64,000 nucleotides of DNA from Octopus sinensis (lineage: Eukaryota): positions 102,300,001 to 102,364,000 of the forward strand of contig NC_043006.1 in the NCBI RefSeq assembly GCF_006345805.1, read 5' to 3'. A model generated the notes under the pieces. It had not been told where the DNA came from, did not search any database, and was given only the letters and a program-made list of their open reading frames with translations. The translations under genes were made by a program, and so were the position numbers. Below, in pieces: positions 14,087 through 25,859 of the stretch; positions within the stretch are counted from its first letter, which is position 1, and each line of letters starts with the position of its first letter.

Positions 14087-14651
14087 GTTTGTACAGTTTT
14101 CAATGAATTATTGATTAGTTTCTTGGTTTGAGTTTCAGATATTTCAGAAAACATAGATTTTATGTTGCAACCAGAATATTGTGCAGTAAAGCAAAGTACT
14201 GTTTGCTTCATTGAAACAATAAATGCCACCATTTATAAATCACAGTTGAACTTATTAGCACTAGTCAGACCATTTGACTTTAATAATATCTGTCTTAATA
14301 TATCATATGTATATATTTATATTTGTAGAGCCAATAGGCTGATTAACTCTTCTTAGCAGGGAAAAATAAAGCAAATGTGAAACAATGTATTTGTGTATTT
14401 GTATGAATATATTGTGTGTGTATGGAATTAGCCTTTTATGTTAATTACCTCTAATTGACCTAAATTTGGCTCAAGATTTCCAACACCAAGCCAAGTAAAT
14501 TTGTGTCCCTATATGACAAATGTTTCTTTACTGCAAGAAATGGGCATTCTTATGGGCAATTAACGTGGTCTGCCTTAGCCAATGAAATAAGGGGCTACAA
14601 TGCCATCATTGACATTGGATCAATTTGTGACACTGCATTAAACTGCTGTTT

Positions 14652-15029
14652 GATGGATGGATGGAAGCACTCCGTCGGTAACGACGACGAGGGTTCCGGT
14701 TGATCCGAATCAACGGAACAGCCTGCTCATGAAATTAACGTGTAAGTGGCTGAGCACTCCACAGACACGTGCACCCTTAACGTAGTTCTCGGGGATATTC
14801 AGCGGGACACAGAAGTGACAAGGCCAGCCCCTTGAAATACAGGTACAACAGAAACAGGAAGTAAGAGTGAGAGAAAGTTGTGGTGAAAGAGTACAGCAGG
14901 GATCACCACCATCCCCTGCCGGAGCCTCATGGAGCTTTTAGGTGTTTTCGCTCAATAAAACTCACAACGCCCGGTCTGGGAATCGAAACCGCGAGTCCGC
15001 TGCCCTAATCACTGGGCCATTGCGCCTCC
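14652..15029 (-). mobile_element. tRNA-derived SINE, family C (best-preserved copy)
   Basis: Pol III A box TGGCCCAGTGA (15009-15019) and B box GTTTCGATTCC (14979-14989) on -. Body shared with 15460-15740, 17762-17900, 23978-24298, 27385-27600, 34545-34810, 41680-41830 and 50790-50990. Confidence 0.85.
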
Positions 15030-15092
15030 ACAACTGTTTGAGCAAGTGTGTAAATGCAGAACTTAAAAAGCAGCATATAGCTTGAGTAAAAC

Positions 15093-15141
<49 letters not shown>

Positions 15142-16026
15142 ATGTGCATGTTACAGACTAACACAAGTTGTTTTTTTTTAAGTGAGGTGGAGCTGCTGTG
15201 CACACGTCAGACTCACTCTCTTGTTCAAGAACAATATCCCCAGTTGCAGAGTAAAGATAAGACAACTGGGCCTGAATAAGAATGTAATAGATTGGCAAAA
15301 TGTTTAACGAGTGCTCAAAACATTGCATTGGCTGCTAACTTGGTGTTTATCCTTAAAACATCAGAGTGGATGTTTGCCCTGCATCATGTTTTTCTATCCA
15401 AACATGAGGCTATGTTTCCACCTGCACCACTTGCCTCTTCTGATCTGCTGCCACCAAGTCCAAAGGTCATGAGATCAATTCCCAGTGGTGCATTGTGTCA
15501 CTTGAGCAAGAAACTTTATTTCATGTTGCTCCAGTCCACTCAGCTGGCAAAAATGTGTAATACTGGTATTTCAAAGGGTCGGCTTTATCACATTCTGTGT
15601 CACACTAAATCTCCCTGTTTTAAGGGTACACATGTCGTGTCTGTGGTTTACTCAGCCACTTGCACATTAAATTCATAAGCAGGCTGTTCTGTTGATCAGA
15701 TCAACTAGAACCCTTGTCATCATAATCAACAGAGTGCCAACATTTATAAATGACAAAGGAATAAACAATTATCTTATTCCTTTGTCATCTCTTTCTTATT
15801 ACCAATCTGTACTCAACTAATACTTCATTCAGAAGCATACATATACTTAGGTCTCTATCAGGTTATTAGTATTGCAATGCCTCAGTGAAATGTTAATATA
15901 TATATATATATATATAAAAATTAGAAAAAAACCAGCTTTTATCAATTCAAAATGAACAATTAAATTACACCATCTAGAAAATTACATATAATAGAAATAT
16001 TAAAATTAAAATAACAATAAAATGTC

Positions 16027-16064
<38 letters not shown>

Positions 16065-16589
16065 AAGATACATACATACATACATACATACATATAGACA
16101 GACAGACAGACACATTTATTATGGGTAAGAATCAAAACAATTGTATGTAATTTGTATTTAATATTTATTATTTATTATATTATATTTATTATATTATATC
16201 ATTATTTATATTATATTACAATAATATAATATTATATTATTATTCATTATATTATTATTATTTATCATATTATATTTATTATATTATATTATTATAAGAA
16301 TATAATATAATATAATAGATGTTAATAAATTTTAATTTTTGAATTGACAATTGCATATCTCCATTTTCTTTTCATTTTCATAAATTTAATATATACCCAT
16401 GTGAATTGTAAAGTTTTTCTCTATTAAATTGGGTATTAAACAGTTGAGCCAGTGAAATATTGGATGTTTCCATCCCTATTTTCCTTGTACTGGATTTAAT
16501 TTAAAATATATATATACATATATATATATTTATATGTATAAACACTGTTTTCTTGCTTCTGGTTTAGCATTCTTGTTGTTTTATTGCAG

Positions 16590-16675
16590 GATTGTGAACT
16601 TAACAGTAAACAACCAAAGATCAAGAAGAGATATCAGTAATATTATTGGGGTGATCCGAGGAAAGTATGAGAAAG
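16590..16675 (+). CDS. M28B gene exon B: (R)IVNLTVNNQRSRRDISNIIGVIRGKYEK
   Basis: Acceptor ttattgcAG, donor GTctg at 16676; 86 nt, phase 2/1. Matches the GCPII segment KVKMHIHS...IYNVIGTLRGAVEP. Confidence 0.92.
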
Positions 16676-17578
16676 GTCTGTTGCTGTTTTAAGATTTTTT
16701 CTTCTTTTGTGTTCAGGTTGTTGTTCTTGTTGTTTAACCCCCACCCCTAGTCTTCTACTTGTGCTTGTTTACAATCAGCTTTCCAACTGTGACCATCCCT
16801 TTTTTATATTTTTATACAATATATTTAGGGCCACATTATCTAATATGTCTTGCTTTGTTTAAGATGATAAGGCTGTAATGTTTTGAGAGAGATGTGCTCT
16901 ATTTCTAGCTAGTCAAGCAACAACAACTTAGAGGCTCACTTTGTGTTTGGAAGAAATGACTATTGAATCATATTAAATGTAATGGACATTTATTCACAGA
17001 TTTGGAATTTTGATGATGCAATTGTTTATCTTTAGAATACCGTTGTTGGATAATTGAGAGAAGCCAGATCTGGCCAATTTGAACTTAAAACAGATAGAAC
17101 AGATAGCTATGGTCAGTTAGACGTTAAAGGCTTCATGAACAACTCTGTATATGGTCATCTTATCCTCTTTATGGGATAAGCTATCTTATGATTTCAGACT
17201 TAAAAGATCCAATCCTCATTTTAAAAATAGTAAAAAATTAGCCAGGAAGAATCATAACACTAATAAAGAAAGAAGTACCTGACTTCTGTCTCATAAGTCT
17301 GTACTAGTTCCCAACCTCATATCCACAGAGAGTCCCATGGATGATAATTAGATCCAATTCTCTCCTTTAGCTTTCCACCAAAAATGTAGCATAGCATCAG
17401 CAGAAATGAATAAGTGTTGATATTATGGGGAAAAGTTTTGGGCCTCCAATTCTGTGGATCAACTTAAATTGCCGTCTCTTACAATGCTTGTAAAACACTA
17501 CTTATCATAACACCAATTTACATCATGCTGTAGCAGATTAAATTAACTAACAGTTTGTAAGAAAATAGTTGTTAATTG

Positions 17579-17736
17579 TCATCATCATCATCATCATTTA
17601 ACGTCCGCTTTCCATGCTAGCATGGGTTGGACGGTTCAACTGGGGTCTGGGGAGCCCGAAGGCTGCACCAGGCCAGTCAGATCTGGCAGTGTTTCTACAG
17701 CTGGATGCCCTTCCTAACGCCAACCACTCCAAGAGT
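17579..17736 (-). mobile_element. RTE 3' end stub
   Basis: (cat)n ttaacgtccgctttccatgctagcatgggttggacgg. Confidence 0.85.
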
Positions 17737-18208
17737 GAGCAGTGATAATTATTCAGTTTCTGGGCATATGGCTCAGTGGTTAGGGTGTTGCATTCATGAT
17801 TATGAGATTGTGGTTTCAATTCCTGGACTGGTTGATATGTTGTGTTCTTGAGGAATATACTTTATGTCACGTTGCACCAGTCCATTCAACTAGCAAAAAT
17901 GATGAAGGACCTATGATCTCTTACACTCCTTGTAAAATACCTCCATCTTTCTAGTTTGACAAATTAACTTGAAATGGCTGGGCTTCAACCACTTTGGCAT
18001 CATACTAAATTTGTACGATAACTCAGCAGAGTAGAAAGCTTTTAAAGATTTTAGCAGCGAAATTTATAATTATGGCAGTTTCAGTCCTGCTAGAACCCTA
18101 CATTCTAACTTTGGAGAGAAACCATAAATGCCCTGCAGATATTCTCTCAGACATTACTGTAATTTTATGATTTATTCTCTCTCTCTTTTTCTTTTAACCT
18201 TCTTGCAG

Positions 18209-18331
18209 ATAAATATATTATTGTTGGTGCTCATGTTGATTCATGGACTCAGGGGGCAGTAGACTCAGGCAGTGGCTATGCCATCCTAATGGAATTGGTC
18301 AAGTCGTTCTCCAATGTTATGAAAAAAGAAG
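18209..18331 (+). CDS. M28B gene exon C: (D)KYIIVGAHVDSWTQGAVDSGSGYAILMELVKSFSNVMKKE
   Basis: Acceptor tcttgcAG, donor GTtggt at 18332; 123 nt, phase 1/1. GAHVDSW and GAVD retain the Zn ligands equivalent to GCPII H377 and D387. Confidence 0.96.
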
Positions 18332-19171
18332 GTTGGTATTGGTTTTTTATTCTTTGTTTGCTTTTCTTTTGTCCTTTTTTTTTTTACTTTCATCACAGAA
18401 TATCAAAGAAATTTTGTATCCAATTGTTGTCGTTTATTTTTATTCTTAGCTGAACAAGGAAAGGAATGAAACTGTGTCCTACATTTCTCTCTCTTTTTTT
18501 TCATGTCATTTAAGATAAATAAGAGGATCTCAATAACTTTTGATCAGAGACATTCCAATCATGACCATCCCATCATTTTCATGAATATCTCAGAATACAA
18601 TATCCACTGTGTCTTTCTCTTCGTATAGGGTGATACAGTCTTCCTGTTCATCAACTCCTGTACTTGAATGATGTACTGCTCAAGTACTGGGTGTAATATA
18701 ATCGGTCATATTCTTCTCAAATATCGGCCCTATACTTATATCTGAAATCAGTATTTAAAATAATATTATGGGAAGCTGGTATGTCAGCAGGTATTTCAAA
18801 ATGTTTTGAAGAAATATAGAAAAAATATTAAATGTTTTATCTTTATTTTCTAAGTTGCTGTTACCACAGTCTTTCTTGGCCTCGATTCTTTAAGATAGAG
18901 ACAGTTGGTTAAGGTTAAAAATACAGATTGTGTTTTGTTTGAACTTTTGAATGTCTGTAGTTAATAAGAAAATGTAATCAGGGTGTGGCTGTGTGGTAAA
19001 AAGCTTGCTTCCCAACCACACAGTTCTGAGTTCAGGCCCACTGCATGGTAACTTGGGCAAGTGTCTTCTACTATAGCTTCAGGACAATCAACGCCTTGTG
19101 AACGGACTTTGTAGACAGAAACCGAAAGAAGCCCATCATGTGTGTGTATATATATATATATTATATATATA

Positions 19172-19664
19172 TATAACTAATGTAGGATAAAATTTTTTTC
19201 AGGAAAAAAATTTTATCAATGGCCAGCATATCAAAAAATACCTTTAAAGGTTAAATTTATAAATAATTTACAAGATAAGGGCAAAAGAAAAATTCTAATG
19301 CCAAATATGCCGAAAAAAAGACAAAAGTTGTCAATAACCATTATAATTTATGCGTCTCGAAACAAACCGATTGAAATTTCTAAAAAATCCGTTATTACCG
19401 TATTGGTCCCAATTTCGGGGTTAATTCATAAGAATTTTCCCCTCTTCAGCGATAAATACGTAAGATATAAGTGAAATACTTACTCATACCCATGGAAGAA
19501 GCAAGCACTAAGTCCTGAACAGACCTAAGTACCCCAAATATATCCAAAATAGAAAAACTTCGGCACATCTCGAGACACGTGTGATTCGAACTAGAAACTT
19601 TCACAGAGTAAGAGAATCCGGAAGTGAACACTATTTAATTTATAACTAATGTAGGATAAAATTT
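19172..19664 (-). mobile_element. Non-coding, HHR-bearing, terminally redundant element (retrozyme / Penelope pLTR-like)
   Basis: 24-bp direct repeat tataactaatgtaggataaaattt at 19172-19195 and 19641-19664 (469-bp unit); (TA)n on both sides; central HHR; no credible ORF. Confidence 0.7.
19395..19455 (-). ncRNA. Type I hammerhead ribozyme motif
   Basis: Minus strand reads UUAUCG CUGAAGA GGGG-AA-AAUUC-UUAU-GAAUU-AA-CCCC GAAA UUGG-GA-CCAA UA^ CGGUAA. Intact core, three stems, predicted cleavage between 19401 and 19400. Confidence 0.88.
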
Positions 19665-19687
19665 ATATATATATATACTTGTATGTA

Positions 19688-20989
19688 TGTATCTGGGAAG
19701 AGTCATTTTCTTTTTGTGCCTTATAATTTAATGCACTCACTAGTAAAATTTCCACTTATTTCTTATTTTCATTTTCCTAAAATTTTCATTGCATCTTGCA
19801 ACCTTTTCAATAGTCTTGACTCTATCTGTTATTTACTCTGCTTTCCTTTTTGTTTGTTTCTGCACATGTGTGTGGGTCAGTGTGTGTGTGTGTGTGTGCC
19901 TATGTATGTATGCATATGTATATATGTTTGTGTATGCATATCTATATATGTATGTGTGTGCATCTGTATGTATGTATTCTGCATATTCATGTGCTTGCGT
20001 GTCTGTTTGTATGTTTTTTTATGTATGTGTGTGTATGTGTGTGTATATGTATGCACCTCTGTCTCCTTGTGTGTGTTTTGCAACTATGTACCGTGTTTGT
20101 ATGGATGGATGGATGTGCATCTCCACACGTGTGGACACGTGTCTCCATATGTGTGCTTGTGTGAAGTGACGTGTGTATGTATATATGGTCATGTGTTTCA
20201 GTTTCCATTTGCGTATGTGTGCTTGTCTGTTCTTATAACCTATGTACCTATCTATCTGTATGTTGATCTGTTTCTTTTCATATCCATATGCTTACATACA
20301 TGTGCATATACACACACACATATATACATACACCCACACACACACATACATACATCTATCTACATAACAGCCCACTAACTATTCGACTCTACCTGTGTAA
20401 ACTGTGGGTATGGGGGTATAATATCTACTATGTATATTTCCTATTTAGTATTGGGGAAGTTTCATTTATAAGGACATACTCCCATAGTTGTCTGAGTGTG
20501 AGGTCTTTTTTTTAGACCCAAACATATAGAGATGCACATCCATACATACAAACATGGGACATAGTTGCATAACACACACACACAGATATGCACACACAAG
20601 GAGACAGGTGCATACATATACAAACACATGCACACACACATACATAGATGCACAAGCACATGAATATGCAGAATATATACAGATGCACACACATACATAT
20701 ATACATATGCGTACACACACATATATACATACACATACATATACATACCTACATACATACATACATACATACATACATACATGCATAGACACACACACTG
20801 ACCCACACACATGCGCACAAACAAACAAAAAGGAACGCAGTGTAAATAACAGATAGAGTCAAGACTATTGAAAAGGTTGCAAGAGGCAATGAAAATTTTA
20901 GAAAAATAAAGGAAGAAATGAGTGGAAATTTTACTGGTGAGTGTGTTAAATTATAAGGCACTAAAAGAGAATGACTCTCCCCAGACACA
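19688..20989. repeat. Large inverted duplication: arms about 19688-20122 and 20529-20989, about 400-bp spacer
   Basis: Unique about 170-bp segment (tctgggaagagtcatt...gactctatctgttattta) plus TG-rich tract present in both orientations, roughly 85-90% identical by eye. Confidence 0.85.
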
Positions 20990-21344
20990 ACAGAATATGC
21001 TTCAACACGCGAACTCACATAAAGAATCTTGCAAACCAAATCCAAAAATGAAATATATATGTGTGTGTGGTGTGTGTGTGTGTGTGGTGTGTGTGTGTGT
21101 GTGTCTTTGTGTTTATGTTTGTCCTCCACCACAGCTTGACGACCTGTGTTGGTGTTTACATCCCCATAACTTAGCAGTTCGGTAAAAAGAAACCTATAGA
21201 ATAAGTACCAGGCTTCACAAAAATAAGAACTGGGGTTGATTCATTTGACTAAAAATTCTTCAAAACAGTGCCCAGCATGACAACAGTCTAATATCTGAAA
21301 GAAGTAAGAGTAAGAGAAAAAGGAGTGAATTCCATAAGAATATA

Positions 21345-21570
21345 TATTTCTTTACTACCCACAAGGGGCTAAACACAGAGGGGACAGACAAAGGGATTAA
21401 GTCGATTACATCGACCCCAGTGCGTAACTGGTACTTAATTTATCGACCCCGAAAGGATGAAAGGCAAAGTCGACCTTGGCGGAATTTGAACTCAGAACGC
21501 AACGACAGACGAAATACAGCTACGAAGTTCGCCCAGCTTGCTAACGGTTCTACCAGCTCGCCGCCTTTAT
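21345..21570 (-). mobile_element. SINE family B, young copy with a 16-bp target-site duplication
   Basis: TSD attccataagaatata at 21329-21344 and 21571-21586; head ggcggcgagctggtagaaccgttagc. Relatives near 5590-5690, 7715-8115, 29685-30080, 32725-32880 and 58485-58830. Confidence 0.9.
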
Positions 21571-22221
21571 ATTCCATAAGAATATAGTTGAAGTGGCTTC
21601 TGACGGATGTGAAAGGGAGAGAGAAAAGTGAAGCAAAGTTGGTATAAGACTGATGGTTGATAACACAAAACATTAAAATGAACTAAAAGCATTGTAGAAG
21701 AGATGGAGTGGAGATTAATGCTGAATCAATCATTATGGCTTAACTATCAGACAGACAACTATTTACCGAAAATAAACCAGAAATTGTGTTTATATGTATT
21801 GTGTGATCATGTAGGCAGGGTCAGGGGTGGTCGTAGTTAAGCTTTGTGAAATTTTATCATTTACTTGGACTAAAGTATATTCTAGATGCTAAGATTAGCA
21901 GTCTTAGGTAGGTGGTCATTAGGAGGGTTCCTCTGATAAGTTGTCCAACATAGTTAACTGGTTGGTTTTTTTTTTTTTTGGTTTTTTTTTTGGTTTTTTT
22001 CATTACCAACCATAAGAATCCAAAATCTCTGATTTTTATAGTGTTACAAGTATATGGATGTGAGATAAATCTCCCTCTAGAATGTATTCTGGTCTGTTGC
22101 ACACAAAACAGCTTTACCTGTGAAAATAACTCAACTCAGCATTGCATTCTGATAAAGTATATGCTGTGAGATTTAACTTCTTTTTTCTTTTTTTTTTTTT
22201 TTAGTGTGGGTTGATTTCTAT

Positions 22222-22575
22222 CCATCATCATTGTCATCATTATTTAATGTCCGTTTTTTATATTGGCATAGGTTAGACAGTTTGACTAGAGATGGTAAGC
22301 CCGAGAGCTGCATCAAACTCCAGTCTGTTTTGGCCTGATTTTTACGGTTGGGTGCCCTTTCTAACACCAACCACCTCACAGAGTATACTGAGTGTCTTTT
22401 ACATTGGCGCTTTTTACATCATGTCACTGGCATAGGTACCTTTTAAGTGTCACCGGCTTGGGTGCCTTTCACACATCACCAGCACTGACCATGACCTCAA
22501 TTTCACTTAGTGACGCATCTTCTCAAGGACAGCAATTCTCAAGAAGTCTCGGTCACTCGTCATTGCTTCTGTGAG
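22222..22575 (-). mobile_element. Older RTE 3' end stub
   Basis: Diverged match to 10127-10680. Confidence 0.7.
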
Positions 22576-23318
22576 ACTCAAATCTGAAGGTCAACATACA
22601 CGATAATTAGTATTTGTACTTTTAATTGGATTATTATTTATCTCTGCAAGAAATATAATTTTATTCATAACCTATCAGTTGTCAGCATTTTTTTTACCTT
22701 AGATAAACAGCTGATTCTCAATATATGCTCAATAATGATGTAGTTTAACTAAGTTAGCCTTGTTCATTGAATCCTTGATACCTTAGAGCACATGAGAAGA
22801 ATCTCAGTTGATCTATTCCATGCTTTCTTTAGCTGTTCCATTGCCATGGCATTAAGTGCTTCTCAAAATATAACAGTCATCATCACAATTGAAATCAAAA
22901 CAGTTTGTTTATTCTTGCCTCTGAATTTATGTCACTCCAACTACATTTCTCTTACCAAAGTCTTCCCTCTTTCATACACACGTTTTCTTGCCTTCTGTTA
23001 ACTTTCTGCTCTCCAAAACCTTATCTTTTTCAACTCGACTCTTATCAAACTTACCCTTGTTAATTCACCTTAACAATGCAACCCTTTTCATCCTCACCCT
23101 TTTCGACCCAACCCTTGTCAGCCCAACCCTTGTTGACCTCATCACTATCAACCCCCACTCTAGTCAGTTCCCACCCTTAACTCATACACCAAGGATAATG
23201 CTATATACCTCCTAAGATTTAGGTTTTATACCTTTCCCTTCATTAAAATCACTTAAAGAGTATTTTAAATAAAACTTTCATCCAAATATTGATTCACATA
23301 TTTTCTTTTCTGTCTTAG

Positions 23319-23401
23319 ACTGGAGACCACGACGAACTATCATCTTTGCATTATGGGATGCTACCAAATATGGGCATATTGGAGCCTATGAATGGGTTCA
23401 G
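23319..23401 (+). CDS. M28B gene exon D: (D)WRPRRTIIFALWDATKYGHIGAYEWVQ
   Basis: Acceptor tgtcttAG, donor GTgagt at 23402; 83 nt, phase 1/0. Diagnostic WRPRRTI.F..WD motif; the EE of WDAEEFG is replaced by TK. Confidence 0.96.
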
Positions 23402-23919
23402 GTGAGTGTATTCTTAAATCCTTATCTATCACTGGCATCAGCATTTTGGTTATTTTTATAATTTCCAATTAACTTTGTTTATTTGGAAACTTTAATTACA
23501 GAGCAGAGATTATATTTCAAATATGAAATATTAGGTAGATTTGTTGAAAGGAAAATGTTGCAGTGTCACACAACTGCTCAGCAATATTTCTGTTGCTAAG
23601 CAGCACAATCATTGATGATTCCACTGTTGTTTAATGACTCGTTATCAGAGAGAAATATGAACTATTAGGAAATGGATGGAAGTGTGTCACTTTAGATTTG
23701 ATGACACCGACAACTATTTCCTCTTTTAATGGTTTCAGTCACTGGATTGTGGCCATGCTGGGGCACTGCCTTATTGCATTTAGATGATCAATTTGAACCC
23801 ACTCTTTACTTTGAGTTTGATACTTATTTCATCAATTTCTTTTTGTTAAATAAAGTTACAGGAACATAAACAAAAAACAATTATCAAATAGTAAGAGATA
23901 AACACATACCACACATGCA

Positions 23920-23968
<49 letters not shown>

Positions 23969-23977
23969 TATATAACT

Positions 23978-24298
23978 GGCACTCCATTGCTTATGATGAT
24001 AAGGGTTCCAGTTGATCCGATCAACAGAGCAGCCTGCTCATGAAATTAACTTGCAAGTGGCTGAACACTCCACAGACATGTGTATCCTTAACATAATTCT
24101 CAGGGTGATTCAGCTTGACACAGAATGTGACAAGGCTGGCCCTTTGAAATACAGATGCTACTCATTTTTGGCACCTGAGTGGACTGGAGTATTGTGAAAA
24201 AAAGTGTCTTACTCAAGGACACAACGCACCTCCCAAGAACCAAACTCATGACCTTACGATCATGAGCCAAATACCATAACCACTAAGCCATGTGCCTT
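23978..24298 (-). mobile_element. SINE family C copy
   Basis: agggttccagttgatccgatcaac..gaacagcctgctcatgaaattaac body and tRNA-like head. Confidence 0.8.
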
Positions 24299-24332
24299 CA
24301 CACACACACATATATATTTATTTATATATATA

Positions 24333-24377
<45 letters not shown>

Positions 24378-25814
24378 ATATTTATATAATAAATTCAGGT
24401 GAATACTTGATAAATGTAAGCACCTGTATATGCCAGCTGGTAGCATAGGTGAGAGGATATATGTATCAAATGAAATAAATGAAAAACAGGACACAAAGGA
24501 TGTTGCAGTACATATGTTTTGAGCTTTATAGAACAACTTATTCTTACATCAATGCATAATTTTTAAAAAACACAATTAAAGGTGGTGCTCCATCATGGCC
24601 TTCACTATAAAAGCTGATACAAACTAAAGAAGTAAAGAACCAAGAATGAAGATTTCAGTATCATCGCTGGTCGTCCAACATCTTTAAATAACAGTGAATC
24701 TTTTAAAATGCTATAAAATACTGCCAGCTTTATATTTCAGCTTATAATGGTGACAGGACATTCGAGTAAGTTTCCTTTCAACAGGTGCACTTCATTATAA
24801 AAAGTAAATGAATGAATTCCACATCTCAAGAGAAAAGTCTTCAGGCATTTACTTTTCTCTCTATAGAATTCACTGACATTCATTGTCAAATAAACAGAAT
24901 AATTTCCTTCTCTCACTTGCAAACATTTCCTTCCATAAAAATTTACAATTCAATATGAGTATTCACATCTGTGTGGCCATGCACAAGCACACGTATATAA
25001 GAGAAATAGTTTATAGAGGATGCTGACTGAAAGAGTACCTTAGAAGAGTTGCACTCAATCTCTAAGTGAGATTAAGAGTTTCTTTGCTATCATTTTTGTG
25101 CCTGTTTCTCATCCCGTCCTCAGAAACAGAATACAATCAACAGGACAGCATGGTGGAAGATATGCAGCATGAAGCCCAGCAAGAATCAAAATATCCACAC
25201 CTGGGCTTTACCAAGCACTGATCTTCATTCATAATACTATACAGAGCATGGTTGACAAGGATCTTGAACAGTGTTGACTACAAACTCTGGTTTGAATTCT
25301 CAGTTGAGAGATTCTGTAGGCAACCAGCTTTGATAGTTGACATCTATAACAGCATGTCTGCTAAAATGATTCACTCTTGGTTCTAGAAACTTATGCAAGG
25401 ACCAAATAATTGATGATACCTGACTCAAGAAGAATAGTTTTCCTCTCCAGTTCTGTTGGAGCTAGTAGAACATTTCTTTGCTTAAAAATGGCAAAAAGTT
25501 TGTTCATTCAAGTACATTGGTATTGCAGCAGCCTCACCTGGAATCACTGCAAGAACAGGAAACAATGTTGCCATGTTTACACCCTTGGTGAATATCATGT
25601 TCAATGTCTCTGGTCTTTTGAAGTAAAGGTTGGTGAAAGGAAGAGCATCTAGCTGTAAAATACTGTTGTAAATTAGTACCACTCCAACCTATGCCAGTAG
25701 AGATAAACAAATGTAAAAACGAAGGAATGATGTATATATATGTATTCATACCTACATATACATATATGTATGTATATATATATGTGTGTGTGTGTGTATG
25801 TATATATATATATA

Positions 25815-25859
<45 letters not shown>

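Larger units (their letters stand above)
18982..21312 (+). mobile_element. SINE family A split by nested insertions (5' half about 18982-19145, 3' half about 21060-21312)
   Basis: The halves are colinear with the intact copy and meet at the internal microsatellite. Confidence 0.75.

Noticed and set aside
14979-15029. tRNA gene
   Set aside because: A and B boxes are present but the cloverleaf is incomplete and runs into a SINE body; it is a SINE head.
20489-20530. CUGAGUGUGA GGUC-U8A-GACC CAAA, hammerhead-like
   Set aside because: Core spacing is wrong, G12 is missing, and there is no stem I or III.
19683-20856. Long Cys/Val/Tyr- and His/Thr-rich ORFs, with many similar ones elsewhere
   Set aside because: Translations of (TG)n, (TA)n and (CA)n microsatellites.
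25100-25130. CUGAGGA...GAAA on the minus strand
   Set aside because: No stem II or stem I; the flanks pair with each other (ctgtttct/agaaacag) as a simple hairpin.
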